A DNA stretch of 62,276 nt, counting the filler, from Globobulimina sp. (Eukaryota): NCBI GenBank assembly GCA_003354225.1. It is 34 parts of 34 records of this genome, joined end to end, with 100 filler letters (N's around TTAATTAATTAA, not from the genome) between each part and the next. Parts side by side here need not be neighbours in the genome. Positions count along the whole stretch, not along the records: positions 1 to 1,736 come from PIVH01012543.1; positions 1,837 to 3,572 come from PIVH01012544.1; positions 3,673 to 5,407 come from PIVH01012545.1; positions 5,508 to 7,242 come from PIVH01012546.1; positions 7,343 to 9,077 come from PIVH01012547.1; positions 9,178 to 10,912 come from PIVH01012548.1; 28 more parts are not named here. One strand, written 5' to 3'. Positions 1 through 11,012 of this stretch are shown one piece after another (within the stretch, counting starts at the first letter, position 1; every line of letters starts with the position of its first letter). The notes beneath the pieces were generated by a model. It was not told the DNA's origin. It was given only the letters and a program-made list of their open reading frames with translations, and made no database searches. A program made the translations under genes and the position numbers.

Positions 1-581
1 TTAATAGTATCATTTAATGATTGTGACAAAATGGATGAATCAATTTGATTTTCGGAATTGCTGTGGAATTTGTATTTGGGTGTTTTGGGTGTTTTGGGTG
101 TACATGTTTGGGTTTCTGATGATTTTATAATGGATGGTGTTGGTATTACAATGTTATATTTATGGTTATTATTGACAGCAAAAGATGCATCATTGTCAGA
201 TGAATCACTGTCGGATGTATGCTTATTATTTGTTGGATGAATCTTGTAATCTGAGTCGAGATCGGTTTGTATACATTTATTTTTCTGCAGTTTTTTGCAA
301 TTGCATTTTTTTGATTTTGTGAATTGGGATTGTTGATGTTTCCATTGCTTTTGATACCATTTCAGCTTTGTTTCTAAACTCTGTAATTTTTCCCCCACAA
401 ACTTGAGTGTGTGTTTTAACTGACATCGCAATAATGATATTTTACGTTCATGCGTTCCTTTGTATTGTTTAAATTCATGTTGTAATTTCCGATGTTTCTG
501 TAATAGTTTCTGATATTTTAATTCATTTTTACTTAAATTAATCCTTTTGTGTTTCTTTATTTTTTTAGACGCAATGGACAT
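1..581 (-). CDS. Hypothetical coiled-coil / low-complexity protein, 3'-partial (missed by ORF track)
   Basis: ATG at 581 opens a frame (MSIASKKIKKHKRINLSKNELKYQKLLQKHRKLQHEF...TPKTPKTPK...) running uninterrupted to the window edge. Confidence 0.6.
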   Translation of the reverse strand, partial: MSIASKKIKKHKRINLSKNELKYQKLLQKHRKLQHEFKQYKGTHERKISLLRCQLKHTLKFVGEKLQSLETKLKWYQKQWKHQQSQFTKSKKCNCKKLQKNKCIQTDLDSDYKIHPTNNKHTSDSDSSDNDASFAVNNNHKYNIVIPTPSIIKSSETQTCTPKTPKTPKYKFHSNSENQIDSSILSQSLNDTI

Positions 582-719
582 ATTTAAAATTATGAAAATA
601 TTAACTAAATCAAATTCAGATCTTTAATTATGATTTATATTGAATGACGATTTTATGACCTCAGTAAAACTTGCAATTCTCAATTCAGATATATATAAAA
701 AGCAGCATTTGAAAGCAAT

Positions 720-1251
720 ATGGCCGCAGCCAATGGAGGTTCGAAAAAGAGTGCACCAAATATGGTACATTGGAATGAAATGTTTGCCGATAGAATACGT
801 CACGAACAACAGGCAGCAAAGGAATATCAAAGTTACATATTTTATTTGATTATCATAAGTGCTGTGACTAACGTATTTTTGTTATAAATATGCAGCCAAA
901 TGGGGTATCGACCAAGAACAACTAGAAAAACGTAACAAATTGTTAGAAGCCGTATATCCGACGCCAATGCATGATTTTTTAAAACAAACAGAATCACCAC
1001 ACACAATCGTAACAACACAACTTGGAACAAAAAAAGAAGCTATCGACCAAACGTTAGCAAAAACTTTATATCCATGCACCTATCATCTCGTAGGAAAAAG
1101 TGTGACCACCGAAGGTGTGCATCCTGCCAAAAAATATAAGTTTCCGTTAACAACCAGCCAAGAAGTTGGTTGGTATGCTAATAATATTCACAACATTGAA
1201 ATGCCGTTTCTTGAAGGCCGCAGAATGAAGAAAAAGTCTCAATATCTATAA
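720..1251 (+). CDS. Ciliary microtubule-inner-protein-like (FAM183/SPMIP1-type), 2 exons: 720-831, 896-1251
   Basis: Intron 832-895 (GT..TGACTAAC..CAG) joins MAAANGGSKKSAPNMVHWNEMFADRIRHEQQAAKEYQ to TKWG...PAKKYKFPLTTSQEVGWY; the PxxKYxxPxTxSQExGW motif is typical of FAM183-like MIPs. Confidence 0.55.
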
Positions 1252-1298
1252 AAACGGCCTTTTACTTTGAAGCAAGTAATATAGATTGTAAATTATAT

Positions 1299-1736
1299 TT
1301 AATATTGAATATCAATTACAGCCACACCATAGGTAGGCAATGTAATATTAAACAGTACAGTGTTTGCATCCACATTTGAAAACGAAATGGAAGCAGAAAC
1401 TAACTGAGCCGATTCATTCAATGCTTGCAACTGTGCCATTGATGGATATATTGGCGAATTCATTGATTTCCATTTGCTCACTGGATTGACATTGCCCTCA
1501 TCAATTCTATAAATTACTGCTGTTCTCGGTATACCATTTCCTGTTACTTCGATTTGCAACATTTGATCCGATATACTCTGTCCGTGTAAATTCCAATTTG
1601 CCGCATATACCGCATATCTATTATTTGAATTTTTATTTTTCAACGTATAAATTTGCACCGTTCCATCATTATTATTTGCATCCGTCCTGCTTGTATTATA
1701 TGCAGTGCTTGAACCCAATGTATATAATAACTGCAA
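1299..1736 (-). CDS. Glycoside hydrolase family 39 (beta-xylosidase/iduronidase-like), C-terminal part
   Basis: YRIDEGNVNPVSKWKSMNSPIYPSMAQLQALNES...ITLPTYGVAVI matches the GH39 C-terminal motif RIDxxxxNPxxxWxxMGxPxYP. Confidence 0.75.
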   Translation of the reverse strand: MQLLYTLGSSTAYNTSRTDANNNDGTVQIYTLKNKNSNNRYAVYAANWNLHGQSISDQMLQIEVTGNGIPRTAVIYRIDEGNVNPVSKWKSMNSPIYPSMAQLQALNESAQLVSASISFSNVDANTVLFNITLPTYGVAVIDIQY

Positions 1737-1836
1737 NNNNNNNNNNNNNNNNNNNNNNNNNNNNNNNNNNNNNNNNNNNNTTAATTAATTAANNNNNNNN
1801 NNNNNNNNNNNNNNNNNNNNNNNNNNNNNNNNNNNN
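1737..1836. other. Artificial contig spacer (N44-TTAATTAATTAA-N44); first of 33 identical spacers recurring every ~1835 bp
   Basis: Identical 100-bp block with stops in all six frames; flanking segments are unrelated and sorted by length (1736 to 1734 bp). Confidence 0.99.
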
Positions 1837-2074
1837 GTTGATGCAACATGTCTGTGAATATTATGGCAGGCAATATAATGAATCAGTTTATAATCGAGAA
1901 AACACCATAAATAATAATGAGAATTGGTTTTCTTGTCTGTAGAAAATTATCCACTTTCACATAATTTAGAGTCGAATAAAAGATGATAAATTGAATCAAG
2001 TTGACGATACTGCAAATGATTGAAGTAACACATAATGACACTAGTACATAACTGATTATCTTGAAAAATAACAT
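1837..2074 (-). CDS. Membrane protein N-terminus, partial, with an in-frame TGA at 1883-1885 (possible pseudogene or sequence error)
   Basis: Two hydrophobic segments separated by FLQTRKP; the hydrophobic frame continues past the TGA (FIILPAIIF) to the contig end. Confidence 0.35.
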
Positions 2075-2451
2075 GCTGTCAGAAAGGATATAATGAAAGT
2101 CTTAGATAAAGATTAAAAACAGCTTAAACAAAACTTTGCCTCAAACGCACTCTCATACTAGTACTAGTAGGGTTAACGTTGTTTTAGAGTCTGGGGAATC
2201 AGACTTACTTCCATTGAATTTTGTACCACTACACACAAGTCAACAAACATTATTTATTTTGGTCAACATTGTTGGGTACTATAAGTCTCTAATAATAACA
2301 AACTAAAGCAAGAAAAAGGAAAATAAAAAAAAATACAAAAACACATAAACATAAAGATATATTAATAATTATAGATAAAAAAATAAAGAACAAAAATTTA
2401 GGCTCTTCTTGGAGTATATTTTGTATACTATTATGAATTAATTATAAATAT

Positions 2452-2531
2452 AACTCAAATCCAGATTGCAAACTTGAAAATGCAGATTAAATTAATCGAC
2501 ATATTATTAGTTTGCAATCTGGAGTTGAGTT
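2452..2531. repeat. Inverted repeat / hairpin (23-bp arms, 1 mismatch)
   Basis: AACTCAAATCCAGATTGCAAACT (2452-2474) versus AGTTTGCAATCTGGAGTTGAGTT (2509-2531). Confidence 0.85.
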
Positions 2532-2617
2532 GAATACATAAAATATACCATCTACAGTATCATCCAAAAAGAAGAGCATCAATTAAATATTTTTACTGTA
2601 TTTTAGTACGTCATTTT

Positions 2618-3572
2618 CTAAAATGAATGTCCAGCATGAAAATTTAGTGATAATTCATTACATAAAAGGCCAACCATTGTTTGCACGGTTGGTGCACCAC
2701 AAAAATAGACATTTGTATTTTTACTCGTATCTGAATTTAATATTTGGTAAATATTCAATCTTCCAATCTTCGAATCCCTCGATTTTGGCGGTCTTTTATC
2801 CTTTTTATTATACATTATATTTGCATGCGATGTTAAATGTGCATTGACAAACAAATTATTTATATTTTCATGACACGTAATATCCGTAAAACACTGAAAC
2901 ATAGCAATAGATCGGGTCGAAAAGTGCAACACCACATATTCATGCAATTCAATCTTATGATTGGTAACATAATGATAGAAATCAAGCAACATCGAACAGC
3001 CAGCTCCGGTGCCAATTAATACCAATGGTGTCAATGGGTATTTTCTCGCATTTGCCTGTTTAATCAATAATCGATATTCAGATCTATACGGACCAAATGC
3101 GCGTAAACCGCATAAAAACCGTATATCACATCTAAATATCCGACGCGTCCATGTGTTACGGTAATAACAATCCGTGTGATCGTCAATAACTTGTACAATA
3201 ATCCCAACATTCCAGTCATAATCCTCATATATCTCACGATGCACACTCAGCTCTTCATTATCACTCTGAAATAAGCCTCGTGCGATCGCGTCAAACGAAA
3301 CTATTTTACTCATTTCACTCATGGTACTTTTCCGCGACATTACATATTGCGATCTGGACTGTGACGATACACTATTTTCCTTATTATGTTTTTTATTGTA
3401 AATCGTAAATTTATGCCCACTCCAATTTGGCGACAACTGCTCCTTTGGATTTGTGATCATTTTATTTAAGTTTTTATGATTCCAAAACACTGTGAATGGA
3501 TGAGCTCTGTCCCAGGAACACGACAAACCATTAAAATAAAAAATATCGCCTAGTTTTCGTTTCTCATATAAA
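2618..3572 (-). CDS. Ferric reductase / NADPH oxidase-family protein, FAD- and NADPH-binding C-terminal part
   Basis: HPFT (FAD), GPY, LIGTGAG, GRLN and VYFCGAP motifs in canonical order; frame open to the contig edge. Confidence 0.85.
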
Positions 3573-3672
3573 NNNNNNNNNNNNNNNNNNNNNNNNNNNN
3601 NNNNNNNNNNNNNNNNTTAATTAATTAANNNNNNNNNNNNNNNNNNNNNNNNNNNNNNNNNNNNNNNNNNNN

Positions 3673-5407
3673 CTGTGGGCGCAAACAAACAATGTATAAA
3701 AGACGTAGCAGACAATACCGCGTTGTATGTGCAGGCCTACTTTGCGTACACTGCGCATAAATCTGGCGGCGTCACCGTCTCCCATTTACGGTTTGGTCCG
3801 CAACAAATTAAGGCGGAATATGAAATACAGCAAGCCGACTATGTCAGTGTCAATCATTCCATGTGGATCAAGAAATTTGCCCAAATCATCGATAAGGCGA
3901 AATTTGGCGCAGTTTTAGTATTAAACTCACGGTGGAACACATTAGCCGAAATTGAAGAGAATATACCGGATAAGATCAAGAAAATGATCGCCATCAAAAA
4001 TATGACGCTATACAATATTGATGCCGCTAAAGTGGCGCAGTCGGTGGGTTTGGGCAAAAGAATCAATCAAATCATGCAATCCGTGTTTTATAAATTGAGT
4101 GGTGTCTTACCGGAAGAAGAAGCTTTGGATATTATGCGAAATAGCATAAAGAAATTGTATCATGACAAAGGCCCCAAAGTAATTGAGATGAACTTAGCGG
4201 CGGTGGGTGCCGGATTAGATGGTTTAGTCTCCATTGAGTATCCCCAAAATAAGTGGGCCTTTGAATTGGAGGTGGATGATTCCGTGAATATCAATGATGC
4301 GAACCGTAATTATAGCGAGTCGACCCCTCAATTTGTGCGTGATGTATTGTATTCAATGTCTGATATGACTGCCAATAATCTACCCGTCTCTGCCTTTATC
4401 GAAGGTGGCCAAATCCCCGCTGCCACCGCCAAGTACGAAAGACGCGCCATTTCATCCATAATACCGGCATGGAATGCAGATAAATGTACGCAATGCAACT
4501 ACTGCTCGTTGGTGTGCCCGCATGCGGTGATCCGGCCATTCCTGTTAAATAAGCAAGAAGTAGCGGGTGCGCCCTCCAGTTATATCTCTAAAAAAACCAA
4601 ACCTAGTTTAGCAGCCACAAATTATTCCATCCAGGTGGCGCCAATGGATTGCACCGGCTGCGAAGTCTGCGTCGAACAGTGCCCAGACGATGCCCTCCAT
4701 ATGGTGTCGTATGAGGAGAATGTGGCGCATCAGCTGGAGAACTGGCAGTATTCTGTGGATGTACTCTCGGATAAATCCGATCTTTTATTGAAAGACAAGT
4801 CGGAGCAGACGAACCGTTTAAGTGTAAAAGGAATTCAATTTTATCAGCCGTCGTGTGAATTCCATGGAGCGTGTGCTGGATGCGGCGAATCTCCATACTT
4901 GAAATTGATGACACAGATGTTTGGTAAAAACGTAGTCATTGCCAACGCGACGGGTTGCTCATCGATATGGGGCGCGTCCGCACCAAATAATCCATATAGT
5001 ATACCATGGGCAAACTCATTGTTTGAGGATAATGCAGAGTTTGGTTATGGAATTAGCAGAGCAACCAATCAACGCAGAGATAAGTTATTTAATAAGTTAT
5101 CATCAAATGATTATTCGTCGTATGGTGAAGAAATAAATATGGCGGTTCAAGAGTGGGTACATACATTTAATTCGGATGTGGCGCATAATAATCGAGCCTC
5201 TGCTAATTTGTTATCCATATTACAGTCGGCGGGGAAAGATGTCGTATGGGATATATTAGGGAGTGATAAGAATATGTTATCAAAAGCAATTCATTGGATC
5301 GTGGGTGGTGATGGTTGGGCGTATGATATTGGTTTTGGTGGATTAGATCATGTATTTGCGCAAGGCGCCAATGTAAATATATTAGTATTAGATACAGAAA
5401 TGTATAG
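3673..5407 (+). CDS. PFOR: Pyruvate:ferredoxin oxidoreductase (internal fragment: domains III-VI)
   Basis: KSGGVTVSHLRFG; two 4Fe-4S motifs CTQCNYCSLVCP and CTGCEVCVEQCP; GACAGCGESPY; NATGCSSIWG; WANSLFEDNAEFG; TPP motif GGDGWAYDIGFGGLDH. Confidence 0.97.
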
Positions 5408-5651
5408 NNNNNNNNNNNNNNNNNNNNNNNNNNNNNNNNNNNNNNNNNNNNTTAATTAATTAANNNNNNNNNNNNNNNNNNNNNNNNNNNNNNNNNNNNN
5501 NNNNNNNTGTTTTGATTTCTTAGTGTTTTGAAGATATTACAACAACAACAACAACAAAAACTGAATAAATTATTTTGTATACATTATTTTTCTATGTCTG
5601 ATGTCTTGACATATAGAAGTAATACAACTCATTTTATTGCAATTGTACATG

Positions 5652-6581
5652 TCAGCATTTGTTTTTAGCATTTCCATCATTTAATTGCACATATCCCAAA
5701 TCATCGCAATTGCTATTTCCTAATACAACATAATCACAACACGCTTTGCATTTTTTATCCAATGGGCCACATAATGCAATATAATGTTCCTCGAAACATT
5801 TGTAGGTAAACTTAACGCAGACAAAATTGACAAATATGTCTAATAAGAATGTAAAATGTTTGATATATTCAATGTTTGATGTCGGATCTATAGTCTTCAT
5901 CACAAAACAAATCAAAATCAAATTTATAAGACTTGTCGATACAGAGACAACGGACAAAATCGTGTTCTTTGCGATTAATGATAAGAAGCTATCATCTTTA
6001 TCATAAACAATATCCTTAACAGCTTGAGTCACCAAATATAACTTATAAACAAATATCATAGATATCGTTGATGATACACAGACTGTTAAAAGAAAGGCAA
6101 AAACGATCACAATATGGAATAAAACAGCAGATACATATATTGCTGGTACGATGAATACGACAATAAATAGATAGAAAGCAATTATCGGCAGCAAAATAAA
6201 TAGAGATATAAAGACCGATATTGTACGCTTTGATAAGCGATACGCTGAATCTTCAAATACAAAATACAACTTTACAAATAATACCAACCACAACAAATAG
6301 CTTTGAGTAAGATACAATGCCGTATTGTAACGAGCAAACATTTTTTTTGATTGATTGCATGATATGGTCCAAAAAATGGAAGTGGCAAAAACCAACAGGG
6401 CACTGCATAGCGCAATAAGTGCATAAATTATTCCAATGATAAACATAAATGTTGGCGCCAGATTACTTTTATGTTTTAAATGATATAAAATAGCGTATAC
6501 CATCGATACACAAAATATTAAAGCAACTATGCCCCAAATAATGTTCAAAACGAACGTTGTTGTCTCTAGACAAGAAGACAT
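5652..6581 (-). CDS. Seven-transmembrane (GPCR-like) protein of a lineage-expanded family
   Basis: 309 aa with about 7 hydrophobic helices; shares LWLxLFxxLYFVFxxSxYRLS, FxYKL, IxKNTIL and DIxxNFxC with the gene at 19200-20085. Confidence 0.75.
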   Translation of the reverse strand: MSSCLETTTFVLNIIWGIVALIFCVSMVYAILYHLKHKSNLAPTFMFIIGIIYALIALCSALLVFATSIFWTISCNQSKKMFARYNTALYLTQSYLLWLVLFVKLYFVFEDSAYRLSKRTISVFISLFILLPIIAFYLFIVVFIVPAIYVSAVLFHIVIVFAFLLTVCVSSTISMIFVYKLYLVTQAVKDIVYDKDDSFLSLIAKNTILSVVSVSTSLINLILICFVMKTIDPTSNIEYIKHFTFLLDIFVNFVCVKFTYKCFEEHYIALCGPLDKKCKACCDYVVLGNSNCDDLGYVQLNDGNAKNKC

Positions 6582-7342
6582 ATATATGACTGTGAGGGAT
6601 GTAATATGCTGGATTTACAAGAGAAATAATGAGGAATATTGTCAACTAAAATGTTTTTGGTGAAGAATAATGTCGACTAAACTGTTTTGAGCCTACACAA
6701 GTTAATTAGTCACTATGTGACTATTTAGTGACTATTTGTGAGATCGACTATCTCATTACAAAAACAAAAAATGGGCAACTATTTAGTTACTATTTCAAAT
6801 ACAAAAACGAAAAGAGCATCCGGTTTTCAGCGTCAGATTTTTATTGTTTCTGAGAAACGAAGGCATACCTATATTATTTTTACCTTTGTCAGTCACCAGA
6901 AACGCTTTGCTTATACCTTACCCCAATACAAATCTGACGCTGAAGACCGGATGCTCTTTGGTTCTGGTTCCAACATGATTTCCGCAGCAAACGCAATGCT
7001 GTTTAGTATACAATAATAGTATATCATGAATTAATCGCATGCATATAAAGCAGTGTCAGCGAAACAAAGTATAAATAGAAACAAATACAATTATGAATGC
7101 AAAAAAAACAAAAATGCTATAAACCAACATTAATTGAAGTGTTATCATTATTTTTGCAGCAATGTACCCTTTTTTCATTCTCCAAAGTTCTTTTTTGTAT
7201 CGATTTTTGTTGTTTTTGTATCTATTTCGAATGTGTTTACAANNNNNNNNNNNNNNNNNNNNNNNNNNNNNNNNNNNNNNNNNNNNTTAATTAATTAANN
7301 NNNNNNNNNNNNNNNNNNNNNNNNNNNNNNNNNNNNNNNNNN

Positions 7343-7884
7343 GAATAACCATCGCCAGCGTTACTCGCTGATACTACCTCAACTTCCTCTTCATCCTCAG
7401 ATGTGTGTATCTCTACTTCTTCCCTCGGACGGACTTGTGGCTCCGCATCCGGTGAGTTCGGGAAATTCCATGCATCGATGATGTCGAAAATTTCGAAATT
7501 TTCCTCACGTTTCGCCCAATTTTTCTTCCTTTTTGTTGATAATTCTTGATAAAATAAGTTGGTATTTGTGACCAACGTATGAAGTTTATGGGTATTTGGT
7601 GGTTGGGGCTCTTCATCGTTTGCTTCAATGCCTAAGGCTACGTTGTACGCATCCACTAAACCTTGAAGATCAACATTGAGGCCTTTACCATTACCATAAG
7701 GTAATACTAAATGCTCTTTAACTAATGCTGCAATTGCTGCAATAGATTGGCTCCCAATTTGACCATTCCGTGCGGCCTGTTTGATTCCTTTGATTATCAA
7801 AAATTGTTTGAACTCTGTGCGGGTCCTATAATAAAATACGTCTCTGTCGAGTTTCTCTCCATTGACATATACTTTCGAGGGCAT
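7343..7884 (-). CDS. Unknown ORF downstream of tyrosine recombinase, 3'-partial (possibly element-encoded)
   Basis: At least 180 intronless codons from ATG 7884 with an acidic tail; same strand as the YR and about 550 bp downstream. Confidence 0.55.
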
Positions 7885-8437
7885 TCTCGAGGGTAATTTG
7901 TAAATATTACGACTCTTTCGTTTTTTGGAAACGTTCGTATCTTTTACGCGACTAAAGAGGTTTTTTGTTTTTTAAACTGAAGATTTAGAAAACTAGAAAC
8001 ACTTTTGTTACGCTGTTATTTTCAATACCTTGATGATTACAGTAAACTGCAATATCACGCATATTAAAAATTGATACTCACAAATGTATAAATAATATAA
8101 ATAGAAAAGGGAAGGAATCAAACCTTCCTAATAGATCACTCAATTCACAACACAATTGTACTGACTTCTTTCGGGTAAAATCGAGGAACAAGTGTCAGAG
8201 GGCTTTATTCCTAGAATCACAATTTGATGTATAATCCGAAATATTCAGATGGATATCTGTATATAATAGTATTATAAATCAATCTCTCCCGTCTGTCGAA
8301 TGCATGTGTGTTGTTGAAATTAAGTGTGTTATTTAATTAAATTTATAATTCATTTCATTTTAAGTTTCTCAAAATTTGTTGTTGTGTATACTAAATCAAG
8401 TCATTGTGAAAACGATAATAGTCTCTGATGTGTCAAA

Positions 8438-9077
8438 TTAAACTTGAAACAATTTCTCAACTGTTTGACCAGACCATGGGTTAAAAATCTTTAATTTGCC
8501 CTTACTTTTATCAATGTTCATTTTACCCGGTCTGTTTTTACCATGTATCATTTCGAATGGTAATATCTTTAATTGACCGATTGAAAACAGGATGTAACGG
8601 CTAGCAACATGAGGTAGTTTCTTAATTGACCAGACTACATAACGTATAACTTTTAATAAATCAATTCCTTGTAAATAGCAAAGTGAAGTGGCTCCAATAC
8701 GAATGGTATATGATGGATATGCTTTTGGTTTTTTCATACCAATAACCTTTACTAAATCTAACATAATCTTTGTTAATTTAGATGGTGTCCAAATACGACC
8801 ATTTGTGTCTACAAAAATGTAATTGGATTGAGCCACGCCTAAATTTTGTAATTGTTTTTGATACAAAGTCCGCTTCGAATAATTTGATGGGATTTGTGAG
8901 TTTTTTAAATTCTGAAAAAATCGTTTTCTTCTTGTTTTATAAACTAAAAACATATTGAAGAAATCTAACATTCCGCAATGGCAATTTTTGTTATGATTCT
9001 CGCAGATTGGAGGTGCCATAAATATTTCTTTTGGTGTATTGCGAAATTCTTGATTTTTATACCAATGAATGATAATT
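8438..9077 (-). mobile_element. Tyrosine recombinase C-terminal half (DIRS/Ngaro/Crypton-like element)
   Basis: WYKNQ (catalytic K), YIFVDTNG, YPSYTIRIGATS (HxxR box with H replaced by Y), VVWS (GRW equivalent), ASRYI (nucleophile Tyr); frame open to the contig edge. Confidence 0.8.
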
Positions 9078-9177
9078 NNNNNNNNNNNNNNNNNNNNNNN
9101 NNNNNNNNNNNNNNNNNNNNNTTAATTAATTAANNNNNNNNNNNNNNNNNNNNNNNNNNNNNNNNNNNNNNNNNNNN

Positions 9178-9964
9178 AATTATTATCCTTCTCATTATGT
9201 GTTTTATCCGTTGCCATTATGGACGAATAACTCCTTAAATGCTGATATTTAGTATTCACATTAAGCGCTAACGCAGGCGATTCAGACTGTGAATGTGAGT
9301 CTTGTTTATCAACAACCACTTTATTAACAGATACAATGCTCGATTGAGCTCGGTGATGATGTATTTTATCCACATATTGTTTATCAAACTGGCGATGGTA
9401 TAATAAGGACGAAGGGCAATGCATTCCTATCAATTGTAATGACGTTGGTAGTTCGTTGTGGTTCCTATTTGAGATGGCATCATATTTATGTTTCATGGCC
9501 GCGTATTGTTTGTGGTCTGTGGATGGAGTGCGAGATGAATCTGTATTTTGTGTCGATAAAAAATGTTTAATTTCGTCAAAATCTTTCCCAAAATCAGATT
9601 TTCGAGTTTTTTGATGTTGTTTTATTTTCCGTAGTTTTGATAATAAAATGTCGTTTTTAGTGTTATTTTTGTTGTACATGTGTTTTTTTGCAGTTTTTGC
9701 GTTTTTCTTTGTAGATTTGGAGAGGTTGAGTTGAGCCATATGATCGATATCAGATATTATTACGGGCTCTGCTGTGGATTCTGGTGATTTGGATTCAATC
9801 AATTTTATTGTTTTCCTTGTTGGATGACTTGAACTGATGCGATGTTTTATAAGTTTTGACGATGGCCGTGGTCGACATTTATCCTTCTTGCGACGTGCTG
9901 TATGGCTGGGAACAGATTCGCGTTTCTTTGATCTGTGCTTTGCGCGAGGACGTGGTCTCTCCAT
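9178..9964 (-). CDS. Hypothetical basic low-complexity protein, 3'-partial
   Basis: Long open frame rich in K/R/S/H; no recognisable domain. Confidence 0.5.
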
Positions 9965-10079
9965 GCTAGAGGACGAAGTGGCGTATAATGATCGTATATA
10001 TTTTTATAAAGGATATTATGTCGTGTCTGCCATCCAACTGAAGTGGAGTCAAACGTTTTTGGGTGTTGATTAAATTAAT

Positions 10080-10912
10080 TTATGGCACTTCACTCCCACT
10101 CAAAGCTACATTTCTGTCCTTGTCATTATCCGAAATATTTAGATTTGATAAATGCACTAAGTTTTCCAAGTCAGCATGGCCATCATTCCATTTTATCCCA
10201 GGACTAATAGAGATTGTGGTTGCCACATCTTTATACATTATGGTGAGTATAATTTGCTTAAATGAAAATATTGCCAATATTCTGCTTGATGTTATTATGA
10301 AAGAAACAATCGGAATTTCAATATTCTTCGACACATAAATTACATTTCCGCCTTCATTGGGAAACAAAAATTGAAAATAAATTGAAATCGCCATAGTAAT
10401 CATTCCAAAAGTTACACAAATCAAAATTTTAAATGTTTTGGGCACATTTACTCCATCAAACGAAGATAACCAAACCACAGATCCAATCATTGTGCTCCAA
10501 AAAAGAATATCTGCGATGACAGATAGAAATTCATATTGTTTATAAATTAAATTTAAATTAATTTTGTATATAATAACAAAAATAGCGAGAATTAGTCCAT
10601 AAATTGTCTTTATCCAAAAGTCAAACCCTTTGATAATCAGTTTATGCGCTTCTTTATTTATTTTCAATATATGGCATAATGAGACTGGCAACCAAATGAA
10701 CGATGCAATTATGGTATATATCGGTGGTATGATGGATGAATCTGCCATAACGAACCAAATAATCAATTGGGTCAACACTGTGACGCCAACAACACTTTGC
10801 ATTATTTTGCTTTCAATGAATCGCGTGATTTTAGCTGCTGCCAAGTCTCCCAATAATGAATGCAAATAAGTGTCATTATTATTAAATACGTAATTGATAC
10901 GATGTTCTCTTC
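10080..10912 (-). CDS. Multi-pass membrane protein, 5'-partial
   Basis: More than 260 codons with about 6 hydrophobic segments. Confidence 0.6.
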
Positions 10913-11012
10913 NNNNNNNNNNNNNNNNNNNNNNNNNNNNNNNNNNNNNNNNNNNNTTAATTAATTAANNNNNNNNNNNNNNNNNNNNNNNNNNNNNNNN
11001 NNNNNNNNNNNN

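Noticed and set aside
640..849. 69-aa ORF from the track
   Set aside because: Wrong frame; the spliced gene starting at 720 explains the region better.
1883..1885. In-frame TGA (and TAA at ~12607) as evidence for an alternative genetic code
   Set aside because: Well-conserved genes here terminate normally at TAA or TGA and have no internal stops; isolated cases fit decay or error.
6738..7242. Short ORFs in contig 4
   Set aside because: No motif or coding signature; probably intergenic.
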